Assembly: GCA_964187785.1 (NCBI GenBank)
Contig: OZ076409.1
Location: 32,614,001 to 32,678,000, forward strand
Source of the DNA: Amphiscolops sp. MND2022
Taxonomy: Eukaryota
Direction of reading: 5' to 3'
Length of the DNA stretch: 64,000 nt
Shown here piece by piece: positions 37,331 to 48,507 of the stretch. The notes under the pieces are model-generated. The model was given only the letters and a program-made list of their open reading frames with translations. It did no database searches and had not been told where the DNA came from. Both the position numbers and the translations under genes were made by a program. Positions within the stretch are counted from its first letter, which is position 1; every line of letters begins with the position of its first letter.

Positions 37331-38390
37331 TCAATTACTTAAAGGATCAGTTTGTGGATTAAAGATCTTGTAATTTGGATTAGATTCATTACAAATCCTG
37401 TACCTACTCCCATTTTTATCTTCCAATCTGTTTATTAAAAGGTAGTTGAATTTTTCGTTCCATGCTTCTCTGCACAAACTTTTGAATTCCTCATAAGACA
37501 TATCAAAACCTGATATGTCCCTATGAATATGTCTTACATCTTTCAGTGTTTGTTGAAATAAAATTTTTATATTCGAATTGTTTCTAACTGTCTTTTTTGG
37601 TGCATCAAAATAACTCTGACATAAATAATAAACATCACAAGATTTGTGTCTTCCCCTAGTAAAAAATGGATCAATCAATTTCTGGTTGGAGTCTAACATA
37701 TCATCAAATACTACACAACACCCCCTATACTCTTCCAAATCCCCCACATTTTCTTCCACTTCTATTCCTTGAATATAAAGCTCCACATCCTCATATTGTT
37801 CCGGACTCCTTGTAATGATACGAATTTGTTTCTCTGGATCTTCCAAACGAATCAATCGTAATTTATTCAACAACAAATGAGTCTTACCACAAAATGATGG
37901 CCCAACTATTAATGTTCTATTAGTTTCGTTCACACCACTATTAGCATTAGCTCCCGCATTATCATCATTAGCGATAGCTTTCGCGATAGCTTTCGCGTTA
38001 GCTTCCGCATTATTATTATTATTATTATTGTGTGAAGACTAACCTCGTGGTAACTCTCGCTGTAGCTCTCGTGATAGCTGTCGCGATAGCTGTCGCGGAA
38101 GCAAATCACCCCCAGTATGCTGATTATAGTGCTGATAATAATTATAGTGTTGTTTATAGTGTTGCTTCTTGACGTGTGTCCTTAAATAACTCTTATTTAA
38201 TTCCTTATTACAAAATTCACAACTCACCTTTTTATTAAAACACACTTTGCATGAAGAGTATATTTTACCATTTTTGTATGAATAAAAGGTGTTACAATTC
38301 TTCATAATATTACATTCCTTACATCTTTTTTTTACTACAATCATCACACAAACTTTGTTCACTACTTTTATTACAAATTAAGCAATTCAT
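37331..38390 (-). pseudogene. Packaging ATPase 1 (A32/FtsK-like) with N-terminal Cys/His zinc-finger region
   Basis: Walker A GPSFCGKT, Walker B VVFDD, FFTRGRH, LCQSYF..VRNN. The Zn-finger ORF 38039-38362 is in the same frame, separated by one TAG; the likely start TAAATG at 38390 gives MNCLICNK...CDDC. Confidence 0.9.
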
Positions 38391-38399
38391 TTATTTAGT

Positions 38400-38665
38400 A
38401 AAAAATCACTTAATTCCTCTATTAATCACTATGTAATCACTATGTAATCACTAAGCAAAATCACTAAGAATCACTAAGGTTTCACTAAGTGTCTCTAAGA
38501 GTATTTATTTCTCTAAGATTAAAGATTATAGTGAAATTTAGTGAAAATAAATGCTCTTAGTGAAACCTTAGTGAAACCTTAGTGATTTAGTGAGAAATTT
38601 AGAGATCACTAAATTCCTCTAAGAATCTCTAATTTTCTCTAAACTTCTCTAAGAATCACTATATT
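38400..38665. promoter_or_regulatory. Intergenic array of (T)CACTAA/CTCTAA and TTAGTG motifs forming a long imperfect hairpin
   Basis: AATCACTAAGGTTTCACTAAG...AAGAGTATTTATTT (38469-38516) is the reverse complement of 38538-38587; a degraded version lies at the same position in Polinton 2 (59900-60025). Confidence 0.6.
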
Positions 38666-38740
38666 TTTGCGATAGCTTCCGCTAATTTTTTTTGTTAATT
38701 TCTTGCGATAGCTTCCGCGATAGCTTCCGCTAATTTTTCG

Positions 38741-39955
38741 TTAATTATTCAGTTCATTTTTAGTAAAACTTTTTGCATGATCATAAATTAAATTTTTAAA
38801 GTCCTCTTTAACTGAGTCACTAATTAGTGGTTTTTGCATACGCTCAACGTAGTTGTCTATTTTGGATTCATTTACTCTGATGTTATTTTGTTTGCAATAG
38901 GCTACATAATAATAAGCTATGTTGAGTGGTGTTTTTTCAATTGTCTGGTCGGACATTTCCTCAAGAAATTTTTGAGTCTGTTGTATTCATCACCAGTGAA
39001 AAAGTAACTTTCATAAGCAACAAGTTGTTCTGGACCCCATTTACTTCGTTTGCTCGAATCATAAATTAACTTGTACTTGTTGTCTAATACCTTGTATTTC
39101 TGACTCCTTGTGTCAAATTCAATTATACCATGTTCTAACAGATCGCCGTAGTATTTCCAATTAAACCCGTCTTTGATCGCGGAAGCTAACGCATAAGTTT
39201 GTACAATCGACTCGAAGAAATTATCTGGGTTATTATTGTTAAGTATATTTTGAAGCAATTTTCCCTCACGATTGGAAGAACATCCTTTGCATAGTGAGTG
39301 AGATAAATTACTTGAATCCCCATGTGTCTACCATATCTAAATAAGTCTTCTACTTTTGTTTTAGGACTTTTTATGCACCTGCATCATCCAGTACAACAAT
39401 TTTATTAGTAAGTGATTCAATACTAACTTTCTCCAACTGCAGTAGTGGTACAAAATTTTGAGAGGGAAACTCACGTTCATCTCGCCCGAAAACTACGTAA
39501 GTTCTTTGGCGAAGCTCTGCAACTTGTGCCAAATAATGCTTTAAAAAACTTGTCTTCCCAGAGCCACTACTACCATAAATTATGAAGTGGGAATTGCCAT
39601 GAACTTCAGCTTTACGCGTAGCTTCGTGGGATTCTTTAATTTCCTGTTCGCGCGTAGCTTCGCGTTCCTGGTTCGTCAGATGAGAGTATTTGAACCCTGC
39701 AAATTGTAGTAGTTTTTTATAAATTGTTTTAAACTGTCTAGGGCGAATATAATTCCAATATATTACAACAATAAAACCTATAAATATAATTAAACATACA
39801 ATAAACATAGGATTTGTGATTACTTTATAGATTCGTGTTTTCTGATACCAATACAGTTTGTTGGCTACCGCGCCGTCTTCCGCGCCACCTACCGCGCCGG
39901 CTCCTTCCCCTTGATAATTATTTCTATAGCTCTGCAAGCAATAATCATTATTCAT
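38741..39955 (-). pseudogene. Second A32/FtsK-like ATPase with N-terminal transmembrane helix; frameshifts
   Basis: TM segment PMFIVCLIIFIGFIVVIYW; Walker A YGSSGSGKT; Walker B VVLDD; after a 1-bp deletion KVEDLFRYGRHMGIQVIYLTH...IVREN; continues through ORFs 38917-39258 and 38741-38956. Confidence 0.85.
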
Positions 39956-39978
39956 TTATTTATAAAAAATTGATATAA

Positions 39979-40908
39979 ATGAATCAAAATACAGGGCTTC
40001 GCAAGAAAGAAATTGTTACAGAAATATTCTCTCCTGTAATCAAGAAGTTTCAAGGAATTCAAATACAAACTCACTATAAAGATGAATGTTGAAGTATCGA
40101 TTTAATTGATCACTCAAGTTTAAGCAAATACAACAAAAACTACAAGTTTATTTTCACAATAATTGACAACCATACTAAATATGCATGGGCGATTCCCCTC
40201 AAAGATAAATCAGGAAAAAGTACGACTACTGCATTAAAAAGTCTCATTGAAAAAGAGAAGAGAAAACCACACAAAATATGGAGTGATAGAGGTAAAGAGA
40301 TTTACAACACAACATTTTTACACTATTTAAAAGAGCAAAACATTCAAATTTATTCAACTAATTCAGATTTGAAGGCTGTTTTTGTTGAACGTTTCAATAG
40401 AACACTTCTGGACTTAATCAAAGAACCAATGTTAATTGAGGGTAAAGGTAACTGGTTGAATCACCTTGATGCTGCTTTGGATAAGTATAATGAAAGGGTG
40501 CATGGTACAACAAAAATGACACCTTTTGAAATGAGTTTTTATACACTAATACGTGCGACAGCTACCGCAGCTTCGCCTAACAATAAGAACAATGCAGCAA
40601 AGCTGGCTGCAACGCTGTCTTCGCATAACTTGCACACAGCTTCGCCCAAGTTCCAAGTGGGGGACTTTGTAAGAGTTCCTGACAAAAGGAATATTTATTC
40701 AAAAGGTTATACAACAAATTGGAATAGAGAACTTTTTAAAATACACAGCATCAACAAAACAAACCCAGTAACATACACTCTAAATGATGAAAATGGAGAA
40801 ATTATTCAAGGAAAATACTATGAACATGAATTTTTAAGAAGCATATTCGACTTTGACTCTAACAACAAAACGTTAGAAAGTATGAATATTTTCCACAAGT
40901 TTGAGTAG
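39979..40908 (+). pseudogene. Retroviral-like (rve) DDE integrase with one in-frame TGA (40090)
   Basis: SIDLID (D), IWSDRGKE (D), VERFNRTL (E), FQVGDFVR, KGYTTNW; frame continuous from ATG 39979 except one TGA where Polinton 2 has TGG. Confidence 0.95.
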
Positions 40909-40945
40909 TGTTCCACGTAGTTTCACAGTAATTTTTTTATTATAA

Positions 40946-42178
40946 ATGAACACAGATATGTTTTCTTTAAAAAATAAATACACTCTTGAAAAACCTATTC
41001 ATAAAATTGATTTTATTAAATATAGTCCAAGTAGTTTGACGACAATTAACAATACAAACTCGAATACTACAATTAGTTTCCCAAGAGAAGATGCATACAT
41101 ATGTTTACAAAATAGTTTCATAAGTCTAGAATTTGAATTACTTAAAAACAACGACTCAAGATACACCAACGGCGATGAAATTGGATTGGTTAACTTTGGG
41201 CCAATCTCTCTATTTAGTGAAGCCAAATTAACAACTTCTAGTGGGAAACACTTAGAAAAAGTTGACAATTTGCACTTGATTTCTTTAATGTACAAGTGTT
41301 TGACAAGCACTAGTCAAACTTCCCAGTTATTGTATGGGTTTGAAGAAAATTTGAGTGTCAGAAGACAAGAACTAACAAACAACAAAAATGAGAAAGGAAC
41401 GTTTTGTGAGAATAAAACTAAAAGACTTGTTTGGATTTGCTGATCAAGAAAAAATAACTTATGGGTTGGGCTACACATTAACTCTCAAACGGAACACTAA
41501 CAATGACACCATTTTAAGAAGTGTTGGAGTGGATGCTGCAAAAGTGGTTATTAAAGACATTGGTTGGTATATCCCACACTATGTTCCCAGTATCGAAAAC
41601 CAACAACTTGTCATGGACCAAATTCTAAATAAAGATCCAAATGAATTGAGTTACACGGAACGAATTAGTTTTAGAAAAGATGTTAACACGAATTCGAATT
41701 GGACATTTGAATTAGGATCTTCGGGAACATCGACTCCAACTTTTGTGATTGTTGGATTTCAAGCTAGAAATAAAATTGATTCTCAGGTTCATGATAATGC
41801 AGTGTTTGACCGGTTGCCAATTAGTAATGCTGTTTGTAAAATAGGATCAGAAAATATCCCGGTGATCGGATAGAATGTGATTACGACCGCGACAAATATG
41901 ATCAAGCATACAGTGAAATTGAAAACTTTTATCACTTGAAAAGCGAAACTAACTTACTCAATCCCTTCATTGATTTGAAAAAATTCAGAACAAATTATAA
42001 TTTTCATGTATTTGACCTCAGCAAACAAAAAGATATCATTGCGAGTCAACCAATCCGTTTAGAGTTTAAATTTAATGCTGCCATTGATGTAGCAGATTTC
42101 ATAGCTTATGCACTTGTATGAACCCCAGAACTAATAAGTATTAGTAGTGATGGGCAAAGGCATTTTGACCTCATTTGA
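40946..42178 (+). pseudogene. Major capsid protein (double jelly-roll, hexon/PY-like), frameshifts and a stop
   Basis: Consecutive ORFs 40946-41443, 41388-41873 and 41936-42121 total ~410 aa; motifs LFSEAKL...LEKV, WYIPHYVPS, PTFVIVGFQ, HVFDLSKQ, IRLEFKF match Polinton MCPs. Confidence 0.85.
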
Positions 42179-42358
42179 TTTGATATGAGAGGAATGATGA
42201 ATCATAGATTAATAATTATAAATGATAATAAATGATAATGATAATATTAGAATAAATGATGATAATAAATGATGATAATAAATGATATTTCTATTTATAA
42301 AAGATGTGTGTGAAAGCTATCGCGAAAGCTATCGCGAAGCTGTGCGTCACGATAGTTA

Positions 42359-45300
42359 TCACAATAAATGGGCCCGATCACTTATCAGATTTAAAAGCTG
42401 TTGATGATTCAATTTTTCTTTCAGAGTCCAAATGTTATAGTATATTTCTTCATCACTCAATCCATCACTCAGTTTGGTGTAATACAAACCAACTAATTTT
42501 ATACAAAGTATACAAGGACAATCACCTTTTTGTGTGTGTTTATCCCATGATAAACTTTGTATTGGATTCAAGTACATACGCTTGTCATCAAAAGGATTCA
42601 AAGCTAGCTTATCTTGTTTCTGAACAGTTAGGTTGTGAGCATTACTTCTAATAGAATAATTAGTTTCAGTTGTTGTTTCAGAGTTAAATAATGAATTTAT
42701 AAATTGTGAATAAATTGGTGTATGTTGTATTCCTTTTTGTTTTGACATTTGCGTTAGCTTTTGCGTTGCTTTCTGAACTGTGCTTCCATAGCTAAAAGAA
42801 TATGATTTAGATCTCAAAGCTACGAAGTTGTCTAATTCAATAATTGGTGATGTTTCTATTTTCATTTTACCTATAACTTTCTTGTTAATAGAATTGTTCA
42901 ACTCATGACTTGGGTCGAGCTCGCTGAAATCAAAATCATCTTTGAAGTATTCCAAATCATTTATAAGGTCTCTAGTTTTAATACTTAGATTGAATGAGTC
43001 TGTATCCATGTAATGCAGTTTGACGTCTGTGTTGTAGTATGGCTGCAATTTGTGATAATAAAACTCATACAATAACAACTTACTCAGTTCTAAAACACTA
43101 AACCCCAAGTATATTGGTTTATCAAAAATTACTTTTTCCTTATCTAACTTGTAAACACTGAATTCGGAGTAATGATTAGTGATTCCTTTAAAGCTTAACT
43201 TCGATTGTCTTTTTATTATTTGATCAATATTGGTGTGGGGGATAAACAATAAATTAGTCCGGTCTCTAACATTTTGCATAGTCTTACCAAAGAAAGCGTT
43301 GTTCATTAATTTGTAGAGGTCCTTCTCAAAGTTTGTTTTTGCTTTGGTGCGTTTTTGTGTGTTATGATTAATGTATTTTTCTAACCAAAGTGATTGTTTG
43401 AACCGGTAGATTGTGTGAATCTTTGTTACTTTCATCCCGATCTGGGTGTAAAACTTGAACATCCTGTAGTGCATCATATAATTATATTTATTTGTTAGGT
43501 CACACATAAGTTTCTCGGTTGGTTTGTAGTTGGATTGTTTTACACTGTTCATGTATTCTGAGAAAAGATTTGGATCAGCTTTTGTTTGATCAGGACAAAG
43601 TGGAAAGTTTTCGGTTTTTTCTTTAATTTCTGCTGGATATTCTAAATCACATTCTATAAAGTATCCAAATTCATTGTCATCTGGTGTATTCAAAATGTCT
43701 TCTGTAATTTCTTTCGTCAGTGTAGAATCAGATTCGTGACAGTTCTGCGCGAAGCTACGCATCTTTTAAACGTCTCCAGTAGGAAGGTATTGACTCATTG
43801 CCCATCCATACAAGTTATTTGCAACAATGTACAGTAATTAATATTTTCATTTGACTCAATAAATCTGGGTCCCATTACACTTGAAATTCCTCCGCGAATA
43901 TTATTTTCAAGTAGTAATAACAACTGTTTGTCTTTTATGAAATCTAATTTAATTTTAGTAAGTTTTAAACCAGCTTTCCATGTATAACCAGGTAAAGAGT
44001 AACTGTACAAAGGATTGATGCCGTATTCAAGTGTAGACTTCTCAACAAAGTTTTCGAACACGTCAGTGAGTTGTAGTACATCCATTTTTAAGTACAATTC
44101 TGTTAGTTCTTGTGCTGTTGTAATGTTGTAAGTGTCAATCAATTGTTGGGTTCTTTTTATATCATCCTCACATGGGTAAGATTGTGTTAATGTTGACCAA
44201 TAGTCCTCTTTTGTTAGATTTAGTGCGAAGCTGTGTGGTTCATGTAGGTTGCTAAGATTGAATTTTTCGTATGGATAAGCTAGTTTTTTCTTTAAAAAAA
44301 CATCAGTTAGGCCTTCATTTTGCATATAAGGAAAATCATTTAATGATGTTATAAGTTTTTGTAGACTACTACTCAAAAATCTGTATGAGTCTAAAAACCT
44401 TAAACAACCTACTTGCACACTTACATAATTTTCCATTGACGTTGGTATAATGTTTATTGGTAACTTTAGATTATAAGCTGATGTTAAGAGTTCTTCAAAA
44501 ATTAAATGACAATCATAACCACTGAAATTATGGAAAAATATAGGAACAAACGAACTTGACTTTTTTTACAATTTAAATTACATTTGTTGTGGGCTGCTCC
44601 TCGGTACTTGCCTGTAAGATGATCATGATCTCGAACGTTATGCGAAGCTTCGCCCTCACCGTCTAACTTTCGTTCGCAAAGCCAACACACTTTGGATTGT
44701 TGGAATGATTGGTGTTCTTCAGGAGTTATTTCAAGAGGTAAATTTGTTTCAAAGTAGTTACTAGCAATGTTTTCTAGAGTCAACATTTCATTTACAAACC
44801 ATGTTACACACGATTCACCAAAGTATGAGCTGTAATTATTACCAAATGGTGAAATTATATAAAATCCTACTGCAATTGGAATTTGTTTAAATAATACTTT
44901 GGGCGCAGCTTCGCGGTCGTCTGTTGGTTGATTAATACATTCAAAATCTGCATATACTCTTATTGGTATGGGAACTTTCATATGATAATCTTCGAACTTT
45001 AAGTGATCCTTCCAACTGAATGTGATATTAGTTGGTTGTTGTTTTTGACAACAGTCAATGTGTTGACTGAGAATATCCTCAGAACTAAATGCAGTTAGGC
45101 ATCTTCTACACACCCATTTCATGTGCGAATCCTTATTTATTAGACAATGCAATTTTGTTATTAAGCAATAGTGATTTTGATATAATAATAAATCTATTTG
45201 TGGTTGATCATAGTTTGTGTTGAAATGGATTGGTGTTAAAACTGTTTTTACGTTTAAATACATTTACGTTTAAATTATTTAAGTTTTTGAACTTGGGAAT

Positions 45301-46197
45301 ATCTTTAACTTTCATGGGGAATTCTAAACCATTTAAATTGAGTTTGTTTGTGTGCATTGAAAAATTTGATGTTCTATTTTTATGATCCTCAACGGGAAAA
45401 AGGTGTGCTAGGATGCACCACAAAAAGCAAAATTGATCATCTTTTTTTATATTTATAATTGATTCATTATTCCTTTATTTTTCTGGCAACTCAACCCACG
45501 AAGAAGCTTGAATATCATTGACTTTATAAATTTCTAATATAACATTGATAATACCGTTTAACACAAAACCTGATCCTTCTAATTGTTCATCATCTAATTT
45601 CTGCATTAATATGTTGTGAATATTTGGGTTTGTGCCGAAGGCAATCTGTGTGTGATTGTAATTAAAATCTGATTTAACCCATTTGTGAAATACGTTTTCT
45701 TCTCCATTAACTATTTTCAAAAACTTAGCTAAATAACTCAATTGGAACTTGTATCGGGGAAAGTAATTTTTATTTAGTAAATCATTAATCTGTTCTTCAA
45801 GATGATTTGTTGGATTTACTACTCTCAGTTTAATGTATGTTTTTTCATTCACAATTATTTTTACGTTAGTTCCAGAATCATGTAGTGTATTACCAAATGT
45901 GTTTTTTGTAGTGTTATTTTGACTTCTTAACGTGTGAATTTCACTTTGGAAATGTCTTGAATTACTTATATATTTACCACAATCTTCACACCAAATTTGT
46001 GTAGCTTCGCGTTGTTGTTTGGTTTTGTTTTTATGTTCATCTGAATTTAGATGATTAGACTTGTCAGACAATGGCATAAATGTATTACATTTTTTACAAT
46101 GATATTGATTTAATTTTTGTAAATGTTTTATTGATTTTAGATGATCAGACTTGTAAGTTTTTTTATAATCAGAATTGCAAATACTGCAGTTCTCCAT
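42359..46197 (-). pseudogene. Protein-primed family B DNA polymerase with N-terminal Zn fingers, TP/vOTU-like region and endonuclease VII-like insertion; several frameshifts
   Basis: ExoI VYADFEC, ExoII FHNFSGYD, FLDSYRFL, ExoIII YLKMD; PolA YIVANNLYGWAM (Asp>Val), PolB KLMNNAFFGK, PolC YMDTDS; CWLC...VRDHDHLTGKYRGAAHNKCN insertion; DQFCFLWCI...HYCLI. Confidence 0.95.
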
Positions 46198-46309
46198 TTA
46201 TTTATAATAAATTTATGAATTTAATAGCAGCATAATTTTCAATAGTATATTTTTCAATTATTAGTGTTAATTTTCATTTTATTTTTAATGTTAAAATTGA
46301 ATAAATTAA

Positions 46310-46990
46310 TTATAAAAAATTGTGTGGTTTAAGTGGTATTGTTGGTGGTGTATATGAAGCTACTTGTGATTTTGTATGCGAAGCTGTGTGCGAAGCTGTG
46401 CGCGAAGCTGCGCGTGATTTTGTGTGTGAAGCTGTGTTAGCTGTCGCGCGCGAAGCTACCTGATAATTTTCAAATTGAGTCACAAATCGGTGATATTCTT
46501 TTTCATCTATATGATTATCTTTTAGGCTAGTGACATAAAGTTGTCTAAAGTCGTCAAGAGTCTTCTGAATAATAGTGTACTTAAGTTTATAATTTTGCTC
46601 TTTTTTCTCCAAATAACTGGAACAAATCTTAACAACAATACCAGTTGTACAACCAACTCCTGCAGCGATTGGAACAACTATAATACCCACACCAGTAATA
46701 CTTAGTGAGATTGATGCTGAAGTTGTTCCAATCACTATAATGCCATCGAGGGAGTTAATTAGGTTATTTATCAGCTTGTATTTGTTGTATTTCTGTTTGT
46801 ATTTCTTTTCTTCCATTTCATAATATTTCATCATTAGACTAATGTTTTGAATAGAATTATTGAAACTATTTACTTTTTGTAATTCGCTTTGCAACGCGCT
46901 ATGCAATCGCTTGTTTATCGTTGATTCTACATCATATGGTTTGGGGGGAGAGGCCGTTGGGGTCAGGGAGGGATAGAGTTTTTGTTCCAT
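46310..46990 (-). CDS. Conserved membrane-associated Polinton/adintovirus protein (resembles the ORF annotated gasderminX)
   Basis: Intact 226 aa; LYPSL N-terminus, hydrophobic hairpin GIIVIGTTSASISLSITGVGIIVVPIAAGVG, C-terminal SLKDNHIDEKEY; homolog at 63600-64000. The name is by recall only. Confidence 0.65.
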   Translation of the reverse strand: MEQKLYPSLTPTASPPKPYDVESTINKRLHSALQSELQKVNSFNNSIQNISLMMKYYEMEEKKYKQKYNKYKLINNLINSLDGIIVIGTTSASISLSITGVGIIVVPIAAGVGCTTGIVVKICSSYLEKKEQNYKLKYTIIQKTLDDFRQLYVTSLKDNHIDEKEYHRFVTQFENYQVASRATANTASHTKSRAASRTASHTASHTKSQVASYTPPTIPLKPHNFL

Positions 46991-46993
46991 TTA

Positions 46994-47954
46994 TTAATCA
47001 TATAAAATGAAATTTATTTCCGTTGGTGTTAATTTCATTCTGTGTTTCATATCAACAAGGTCTTTATAGGAATCTTTTTTCAATGACTCCAGAATTGATT
47101 GTCTGGTAGAATATTCTAAATTAGACAGATAAAATTCACCATCTGAAGTAGGTATTGTTTTTCCATACTTTTCCTTTAAATAGGATTCACTAAAAGTTAG
47201 ATAATTTGCAAAAACTTGATCTTTATTGGGAAAGGAAACGAACAAACCTTTGTCATAAAGGAGTTGAATTATGTTGTTAGTTATAGTAATTTTATTTTGA
47301 TCTAGGCTATCAAAAATTTTAATAATTTCATTTTCATTTAAAATCATTCCAGCTTGACCCACTGAACTCAGAAACTTTAAGTTACGGACTGTTAACATTT
47401 CAAAACTATTGTTGTGTATTATATTTAGTACCTCATTTACTAAAGCAATTCTTTGTTCGGCGAAAGATTTTTTCATTTTTTGTTCTAATTTAATTTTGGT
47501 TTTTGAAAGGTCTGAAAACTGGGAATAAATATCATTAATTAACTTTGTGTTTAAAAAAACATCTTGAATTTCCTGTGGGTCTAGTGTTTGATGCGCCTTC
47601 GCGATAGCTATCGCGTCTAGCATTTTTTCTTCTACTTGATTTTCTATGTCATTTTCAAAATCGCGTTGCAAATCTTCTTTCAATTTGGAATGTGTTATTT
47701 GGGCTAATTTTTCTTGACTTTTATCATATCTTTTAGCTTCTGATATTCCCTCAGTTTTAGCTGTTCACTAGAATAACCAAACTTATGAAGAGACGGAGTT
47801 TCATACATTTATTAAGATGAAAAAGTTGAAAAATACAAAACCCATAGGCATGCCATTGGTATTGGTATACATATGGTAAACTCAAAGCCCATCGGGAGTC
47901 CGTTCCACTAAGAGTTTCCACAGCAGGGATTATCCTTTTTAAGAACTGTGCCAT
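46994..47954 (-). pseudogene. Helical protein of unknown function
   Basis: 229-aa ORF plus upstream fragment; C-terminus (TSDGEFYL..LEYSTRQ...YKDLVD.KHRMKLT.TE.NFIL) conserved in Polinton 2 at 63420-63594. Confidence 0.65.
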
Positions 47955-48171
47955 TGGTGATTATTCTCCCATAGCATGTAAGTTGTAACAAAGACTGGGG
48001 GACGTTGGATAGAAGTGAACCCCAAACACTCCGGCCGAAGACTTAACTTTAGTCAATGCTATAACCACTAAGCTATGGGAGACAAATCAATGTTAGTTGT
48101 AGTTATATAAGAATAACGTATGCGCCGGTACATTAACGCTGGTTGTACATAAACGCTGGTTGTGCATTAAC

Positions 48172-48507
48172 GTTGGTTGTACATTAACGCTGGTTGTGCA
48201 TTAACGTTGGTTGTACATTAGCGCTGGTTGCAACGTTGGCATTAAACTATAGAGGTTAGTGAATTTTGCTTCATGGTAAAAAACTATTTTTGATGATTTG
48301 TCGTCTAAAAAGTCCTTAAAATCAATGGTTTTGGCGTAGCTTCGCGGACTTTTAATTTTTGGGGTTTTGCGGCCCGTCTCGGAAAACCATTGATTTGCGA
48401 GAGCTTTCGCAATGATTTGTTTTCTGAAAAGTCCTTAAAATCAATGGTTTTGAGTACTTTTAATTTTTGGGGTTTTTGTGGCCAGTATCGGGATTTCCAC
48501 TACTACT
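48172..48507 (-). repeat. Right TIR of Polinton 1
   Basis: Matches the left TIR; the 17-bp unit array extends further inward (to ~48128). Confidence 0.97.

Larger units (their letters stand above)
33442..48507. mobile_element. Complete Polinton/Maverick (adintovirus-like endogenous virus), 15,066 bp
   Basis: Termini AGTAGTAGT...ACTACTACT, ~336-bp TIRs, exact 6-bp TSD AACTAC (33436-33441, 48508-48513); encodes pPolB, retroviral-like integrase, adenain protease, A32 ATPase(s), major and minor capsid proteins. Confidence 0.98.

Noticed and set aside
40090..40092. TGA readthrough or alternative genetic code in the Polinton
   Set aside because: Other Trp codons are TGG, Polinton 2 has TGG here, and the element has many other lesions.
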